A stretch of 64,000 bases of DNA from Thermoplasmata archaeon (lineage in GTDB: Archaea > Thermoplasmatota > Thermoplasmata > GCA-020350865), in the NCBI GenBank assembly GCA_020348445.1, contig CP070751.1:4812506-4876505 (forward strand), given 5' to 3'. The notes beneath the pieces were generated by a model. The model made no database searches, was not told the origin of the DNA, and was given only the letters and a program-made list of their open reading frames with translations. The number at the start of each line of letters is the position of its first letter. Position 1 is the first letter of the stretch. The position numbers and the translations under genes are program-made. Positions 63,301 through 64,000 of the stretch are shown one piece after another.

Positions 63301-63998
63301 GGCGAGTGACCCGGGCTAAAGAGACCCGAAACAACTACATCACTGTTGATGGTGCCACTTCCCTCAAGAGTATCGGAAGGTCTCACCGTGAGAATATCAT
63401 CAATGAATATGTCTCCAGATTCAGTTTTTCTCATCCGAAGTGTAAGACCGCTGTCATTTGGGTCATCCGAAATTGCCACCAAGATTTCGTCTGTTGGATC
63501 GGCAACTTCTAATGCATCTTCCAGATTGGTATAGGCGTCTTTCCAAGAGCTGCCGTCTCCGATCCCCGTGGCAGCCTGATGGACATAGAATATTCCCCTA
63601 TCTAGAATTGTTGTGAAGCTACTCTCTTGGGTGTAATAGGTGTAATCTTTGCCTACAGCTTTCATCCGGTAATAGTAAGTAGTCTGCTGAGTGAGACCTG
63701 TAATTGGCTCGCAAAAAGATCCAGTCGTGACCACTTTGCGGGGACAGGTTTCGTAGGCATAGGGTGGGTCTGGGTCTAATCCCCACTCAAAGGAAACGTC
63801 TAGGGGGCCGATTCCCTCAGGGTCGTTAACCTCACCGCTCAGAATAGCTGAGGATTCTGTGATGTCTGTGGCATCATCCACAGATATGAGGTTTTTATAG
63901 GAATAAAAAGGGTTTTCAGTGTCTACATTAATCTGCATTGCCGTAAACACAGATATGATCATTAAAAAGACCAAAAGAAATCCAATTACCTTATTTTT
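45393..63998 (-). CDS. Giant (>6200 aa) acidic, repeat-rich, probably secreted protein with RTX-type Ca-binding repeats; 5'-partial
   Basis: Single 6193-aa ORF in the track. The frame stays open to the window edge, adding KNKVIGFLL before [11 protein letters not shown] (signal-peptide-like). Domain order: FN3-like, beta-solenoid-like, ~9 acidic modules, flagellin-IN-like modules, RTX block, 121-aa repeats. Confidence 0.9.
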   Translation of the reverse strand, partial: KNKVIGFLLVFLMIISVFTAMQINVDTENPFYSYKNLISVDDATDITESSAILSGEVNDPEGIGPLDVSFEWGLDPDPPYAYETCPRKVVTTGSFCEPITGLTQQTTYYYRMKAVGKDYTYYTQESSFTTILDRGIFYVHQAATGIGDGSSWKDAYTNLEDALEVADPTDEILVAISDDPNDSGLTLRMRKTESGDIFIDDILTVRPSDTLEGSGTINSDVVVSGLFSPGHSPGIVNINGNLIIKSGDPDVINDDYQDPPKGDTVGTLEIEIGGLTPGPGDPVVDNGYDQIIVNGNIKLGGMLKVILINDFNPQVGQKFDFLVLKEGSSGTISDVFDDATGLFGFGDGDLYFEIVKTDTKVQLEVKQFGGGGFKLKAIGTHAIGIGKVFCDHFSDTSYSGSLENMDILGLISGSASFSVSKEVVDVDLDGNTGTTDDQYEDATLITFSLSSPMIYVGKSGFGLYITSGELGVASLKDSGGSSWLAVLAQDIGGTLTLPSISGSLDSLAVKINKGYGGASALNWSLALDLDDDGTYGEDPDDLVDFDGDTGTTGDQVTYTSGIVRVSGSLSDIDIFGLITGGANFAVNKQLVDVDSDGDGDGQTGTQYDDATLITFALDSLNLKVGPSGFGISVSDGTVGFAAIESGSMKWVAVNASGITATLTLPGVSATVSDIGFEINRVEGGTTALNWTTAVDTDPADGYVSAGVVDPGELLPTPVDMDITYTTEFLRVAGSLTSLDIFGFVTGTVGFEIKPQKADVDADDNGFFSIANGDLDDADILLLKLDVTDVFIGVPDSIGFSLSEGMLALATIRPSDPDTDDRSWLAMSASITDAELTGIEGLTAKGGFIVEINKAFSGTDITPGDALDWTANVNLDYDSTDETSFIGDEDDVIVGGHTIEHTVDFLQVSGDLIINLFDFVRASVSFEFLQQEVDVDADGDGNFSTADGDLDDAELVMMDIQVKDVFAGIPDSIGFALESGYLALATIKPSDPVADNRSWLVVDASVTNAELTGIEGLTLIGSLGVEINMAFAGIVEAPDDVLDWTTSVNLDADSTDGTSFIGDEDEVSVGGHLIEHNDDLLRATGELTMDLFGFFYVDGSFTFEKTTKTVTVTDGIDPNNDESVDVDLLTLGVNVTHAFAGMNGPYWREDTNNNSEIDEGETNDAAMGLSLSNVEFALALMKVKTDDPENETDLRDWTALSAEVQSVEFVGIEGLTAEGSVAVQINTGGGQNGTVDNDKFVDFPTSFPTDGLEVKTGENTSITLSFEDEYLRVQGSLKLDLFGFFYVDGSFAFEKTSTSVTVTDGLDPLNDESVNVELLTIGVVVDHAFVGMNGPYWREDTNDNGEIDEGETNDAAMGLSLSGVEFGLALMKIKTNTPETETDLRSWTALSAEVGEIAFVGIEGLTAEGSVEVQINTGSGTKDDVENNKVVDFPTSFPDDGGLKVETGDADGTPILLDFDTDYLRVKGALKLDVFGFFYVDGSFALKKTSTSVTVTDGADPPNTEEDVSVEILTLGLVVTHAFAGMNGPYWREDTNDNGEIDDGETNDAAMGLSLSGVEFGLALMKYKTGTPETETDLRSWTALSAEVDEVAFVGIEGLTVEGGAAVKINTGGGTKDDVENDKVVDFPASFPDTDGLEIETGDAEGTPILLDFSTDYLRVQGNLTLDIFGFFYVNGSFAFEKTSANVTVTDTIDPQNNESVNVELLTIGVEVEHAFAGVNGPYWREDTNDNGEIDDGETNDSAMGLSLSTVEFALAVMKVKTETPETETDLRSWTALKAVVSEVEFVGLENLILAGGVSVKINTGGGTKDDVDNDKIVDFVASFPNTSGLEVDTGDGSPMLLDFEFDYLSVGGVLKLKLYDFFYLYGSFAFKKTSANVKVTDGTNVEDVTVELLTVGATVIHAFAGVNGPYWDDTDGDLIMDEGEKSDTAMGLSISNFEFALAVMKVKTANPETETDLRNWTAMSASVDEVGFVGLDELTLTGGISVMFNTGGGTKDDNDNNTVVDFLASYPDTNGLEVETGVDSSVLIEFDSFWLTVEILLLKIVLGQYVYFKAENVKFDFTATGSEYLVTFGGEEDGGLEIAFNEDFPLISGWGGSVSNFAISANLSLHVLPGFEATITGPSDATAFHLPSFLPIAVELISFKFNPGAIDTDTHELLDPTDFTIKFSGGLAGNDVWPITCLVDGMEIDIGKLANGEFPIVDLGGFQIGIDDFDLGPVTIGGGLTLGMVTVETDSGEETAFYGGIEGKFSYSGIGGGLSLIVCEYGPILAKFSIGGLVLGPTGFVLGIEDGGFSFGGEPWPSIDDPSELLENPVFSDPFDIDLDTIKTRVEQAVQEHEPTWNNSFTMAATGNITNLYVQGMLEGNVTIAANIGFSGEDAGLKLLVNGTIDALGMPMGFAALLIDLSDILVPQIDLAYSVPAPGNPLGFLFPTQITLTASLDTSGIIEMPIVGLAVFIEEAFEGTLELLVEDVAQDLEGDHSITLAQLLLDVDGSGTVDSDEDEQVITSEFMVDRIIGDSTNNIEGILPLSFTALGNLTPEKVEQALDLIIELVPALINKATYMLNLDNPPDGFDWDKFFKDLADVVIEAAITGLDKGWDTFNPSLKITGEIQPVIFGIPLGKPDVSVDLFLNKDVLSFSFEGSIRDLLLNTIFKQFGGDILANLPPGLEGFNDYTSFAFTLDLPDELITAIIAGLAKDDSGQTVGLLDMLIDAINPFSGWEVLFASTITFNGFKLGSVSGFFFGPQLNKVGDYDPTPVFEDRVICLDSTPDDPEDSTPDPDKLQRTMDESNLIPVNTQEQFDNIVKFGGILLTGQLFLPDIISDPINVITTAPLKATTTISSSTSDFELTITSAEFGPNFNGVCVRFIHEEGSAEAESVVYDVSNVRHKVLIVTVEDGVSTAGDIAEAINNEGTFTAEATVETSVIDLASVNPSQTSGGASGDNPKYATLTIGSNAIGFKLDIKATMTGSEFNEVVFIFENRVTAGEESAFFDKTNPSHPVMRIAVEDGITTASQVAAAIDAEGTFDVTVIKGTSAININSVNPPLISGGVNGIDWTLPVIDFDSIDWMSIKEDVDKIKDYITQIFEGLTRQSEWAKLQIYIPSFAKLFNLGDYLDSAAAAHATVTSSSNADFELRIEASEFGYDYNDVKIEFVSGSALSVVYDTTDPENKVLRITIIDGVTKAKEVADAINNEGTFTAWTTNEGWEMDFDSLSEETTSGGYIEEKATPIDFNNLLEEKQNELIEILNAGYIEGYSELRLLGIDLGETFIEGTINGIRAEAEIPWLAGLVASLETGWKTASRNQLLYDLVTSPIAEAVVDLLGIDLDEDLAEFFDFLLDPALDDFDITYPIAGFEAFLTSKNFLVWLTENFDLPEEVVTVAEELSSYEIFFGAYTPGFGEPEDIGVKRNGGFILQGALDIKGLIEDAWFEFEIELFNPLESTDLTTILIPNFIARASIPNLSIPGLSSDSNLLTLSDFYVELIKDKDEGLSFELEGTAMLFGLRFTADGEFSLSDEGLYGGILLKWMSGLEGRTAGGSAMSPARVEVISPGLDNDFRIDSVMVKATTTVTSSFNDFEIYLEAMEPGVDLNDVIIEFIDGGIAGEEIVVYDDSSMFHKVLTIIVEDGVTIAAQVADAITAEGTFWASATNRASVIDMDSLSAEPTSGGVSGTPYNNVEVRIIDDGSIIDGSATGAYSNNEIVIKIEDGVTVRSKVINAVNALPEWTVGAEWLNDGREDGVIILNNEVAGLFDFELSGQFILLINTTGEEQEVIWDVEGVDTPIPLYQGELKIHAEGELSFIGVEFNGTFDFIARLAALEIADEAFLEIGFDTSLVVSLDPSLKPLFVFTTVGALLIDEERLVGKLELEFDAASTDTLLDEDELDIGIDGKITLEINTTNEEVFEEIGGQTISLDAGPYFRFALTGTSPNPASISAMGKSLSINILYLEIREEPNGDLVMKGGALGVGVTIEATTKNFGDAAFLISTDGLAVYASLGTGDEPLSIPGLELTLTATLEVNTSDHDVTLGEGINIVTLPAGPYFKFDASGIFKLVDSSGDTILAIVGNISTEVYLAISDATTGGGDPDTEASVTLTIDGDDNDLIFEAKNKGADYNDVEIRFKDRGGPGTVETDYYVDSEGITVIEIAIEDGFSTANNIKDAVNSNGSIPFTVSLTTNDSSGGGNTGDGVVDLPQGHVFIHVDGLMTLNPLGTVTVDATFLGTTDGIVAALQVGASTDQELSANGFTLIGLFQLEVNTTNDDADIERYQVNLNTGNVQYSTRETVLLPPNSFRLFMGGQLKIFNGFEIKGKFEILLSASSGFDMNLEATATVFGTTLKVEGGAGIFGGSDPCLALKFKLKLGNSEDIGIHASGFHIAGKFELQINTAIWTYHYGVPPSTFKISVANVKINILGFSLSGSVSIKYTNNIFRIDVPTWDPLTFKILGIFEFKMSGYLQSNGRFDISFKMNVTLLNPKVIGAKGSLDIRLSHSGFEGHFDGGAYVANVKLFGLSGDAYLTSTQCKLNMSFTYWAPTFWKPWRTKTAHINVVLYNLQSVGDPPPPPPNLATRLWPDRTLRLNMGIDAGARGNDGTINESYIISHVGGSAGDEDIQVSALGYVQVYTNVSRIVAYDAGSGEDYILIDSGVLSNVSLNGGSGDDELDASGCLGVATLYGGDGDDVLYGGAGSDYLNGGFGHDELEGGNGNDTLIGGPDDDVLIGNGGNDTLTGESGDDEMYGDNGNDTLNGGSGNDVLRGGDGTDSLTGESGHDELYGDNGNDTLNGGSGDDVLRGGDGIDMLSGESGNDDLYGDNGNDTLIGGPDDDVLRGGDGTDMLTGESGIDELMGDNGNDTLIGGPDDDVLRGGDGTDTLIGESGNDELMGDNGNDTLIGGPDDDVLRGGDGDDTLIGESGNDELMGDNGNDTLIGGPDDDVLRGGDGTDTLIGESGNDELMGDNGNDTLTGGSGDDVLRGGDGIDMLSGESGNDELYGDNGNDTLTGGLGNDMLRGGDGEDTLIGESGNDQLYGGANNDIYIFTDNWGDDTVVELAGEGNDTLDFSGVTSSIYASVGSLTITEGSNRVYHGENHAENLIGGSNSDTLEGLNQPNTWQLTGTDEGILNNWLYFSSIENLVGGPAADAFLLGPGNYVTGVVDVGQGDNTITSQSTVDLTVIGGRVDVQAPNSVNLVTALETLSVTISAIGSLNVQESDDLVLEYVELTFGMVTVTAGGTISALEVLVLSGFVLLDAIGDIEAGQIGAQIVMLYTGSDITDLAGNIEAQMVVLDAGGNIAVGQVVAMDLVADAGGSILLDTAVVNLEATAVGDIVVTETDDITLTQLVSLAGSISVTAGGTITALDVMALSGVVTLDALGDIEAGQIEAQMVMLYTDGDIMDLAGNIEALTVELVANGNITLSQVVAIDLIADAGGSMMLDTAVETMIATAGLEIVVTETDDIILTQLVSLAESISVTAGGTISAVEVQALSGEVTLDAIGGIQAGQIEAQMVMLYTDGDITDLLGNIEAQTVLLDADGNITVGLVVAIDLVADAGGYMILDTKVVNLEAIAVGDIVVTETDDIILTQLVSLAGSIYVTAGGTITALDVQALSGEVMLDAVGDIQAGQIEAQMVMLTAGGDITDLVGNIEAQSVELVAGGNITISQVLAIDLVAVAGGSMILDTAVATLMGTAGFDIVVTESDDITLLQLESLAGSISVTAGGTISAVEVLALSGDVTLDALGDIEAGQIEAQVVMLSADGDITDLPGNIVAQTVELLADGNITVGQVIAIDLVAVAGGSMVLDTAVDTLEASAGLDIVVIEADDILLKDLETVDGSISVTAGGDILVQGAVTTQYALDLTSGESITIIDSGSLSADQTVGVVTLTAQGRIYTTNEIPILAAVLNINAGADVYLITEVTTLNALVFGPGDLWIEENDALVLEEVVVANGAFRLLADNTITALYVESQIDSPGGNVSLVTTQGDILVDYIAVGRTNGQISLCATEGDIREVDMYDKDDDLIGYMGILFAGGQIGSKRNRNLNLEYDLGDLIKVNEPNLNLNVKGDLDLFLVVNGKMEITADGTINVLYLNSMGNNIKLRSKYEDINVGYISTGSGAKNAYVSLQADGSIYVTEETHTGDQGHISASYDVCLRAQDKVEVAGTVWAGYDVRIWGGVDIMISGAVWAGDDIWLWARDEIEITGLVEAVHEVRMWEWEGLKG
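46400..48420 (-). repeat. 363-bp (121-aa) tandem repeats, about 5-6 copies, in the C-terminus of the giant ORF
   Basis: VVTETDD-equivalent markers at 48403, 48040, 47677, 47314, 46951 and 46588, an exact 363-bp period. Confidence 0.9.
48918..49994 (-). repeat. 40 consecutive RTX nonapeptides organised as a 108-bp (4 x 9 aa) higher-order repeat
   Basis: TCGTTTCCATTG recurs at 49033, 49141, 49249, 49357, 49465, 49573, 49681, 49789 and 49897; unit [36 protein letters not shown]. Confidence 0.95.
57880..62800 (-). repeat. Graded series of about nine 166-194-aa acidic modules in the giant ORF
   Basis: FFY(V/L) markers at about 60712, 60142, 59563, 58981 and 58408 (570-582 bp apart); VDV markers at about 62722, 62221, 61723 and 61198 (498-525 bp apart). 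Confidence 0.85.
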
Positions 63999-64000
63999 CT

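Noticed and set aside
46492-63534. Numerous other plus-strand ORFs inside the giant gene
   Set aside because: They are antisense shadows of a long open frame, with no recognisable family motifs.

Overview
Most likely an archaeal window, Thermoplasmatota-like by inference. The evidence is HTH_10 (Bat-type) regulators, TATA-like boxes at leaderless-promoter distance, and GGTGA-type ribosome-binding sites. There are three zones. (1) 1-21 kb is a head-to-tail array of six 'divergons'. Each is a minus-strand HTH_10 regulator facing a different plus-strand cargo across a conserved ~36-bp promoter/operator motif; I find nine copies of the motif, three of them orphan. (2) 12.5-42.3 kb is an expansion of zinc-independent medium-chain reductase (MDR) genes: 11 intact copies plus one internally deleted remnant. 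They are interleaved with small membrane proteins (DUF4386, DUF6326-like, DUF4760-like), two MacB/FtsX-type ABC pairs, a CrtI-like oxidoreductase, a flavodoxin, an amidohydrolase and methyltransferases, and are followed by a radical SAM gene and arsM. Eight of the MDR copies form four subtype pairs in circularly permuted order, and five share an ACCTAACAA 3' tail. (3) 45.4-64 kb is one >6200-aa acidic, probably secreted protein. It has EF-hand-like modules, flagellin-IN-like modules, 40 consecutive RTX nonapeptides and 121-aa C-terminal repeats, and its start lies just beyond the window. I saw no rRNA, tRNA, CRISPR array, transposase, integrase or reverse transcriptase. Family names come from motif recognition, not database searches.
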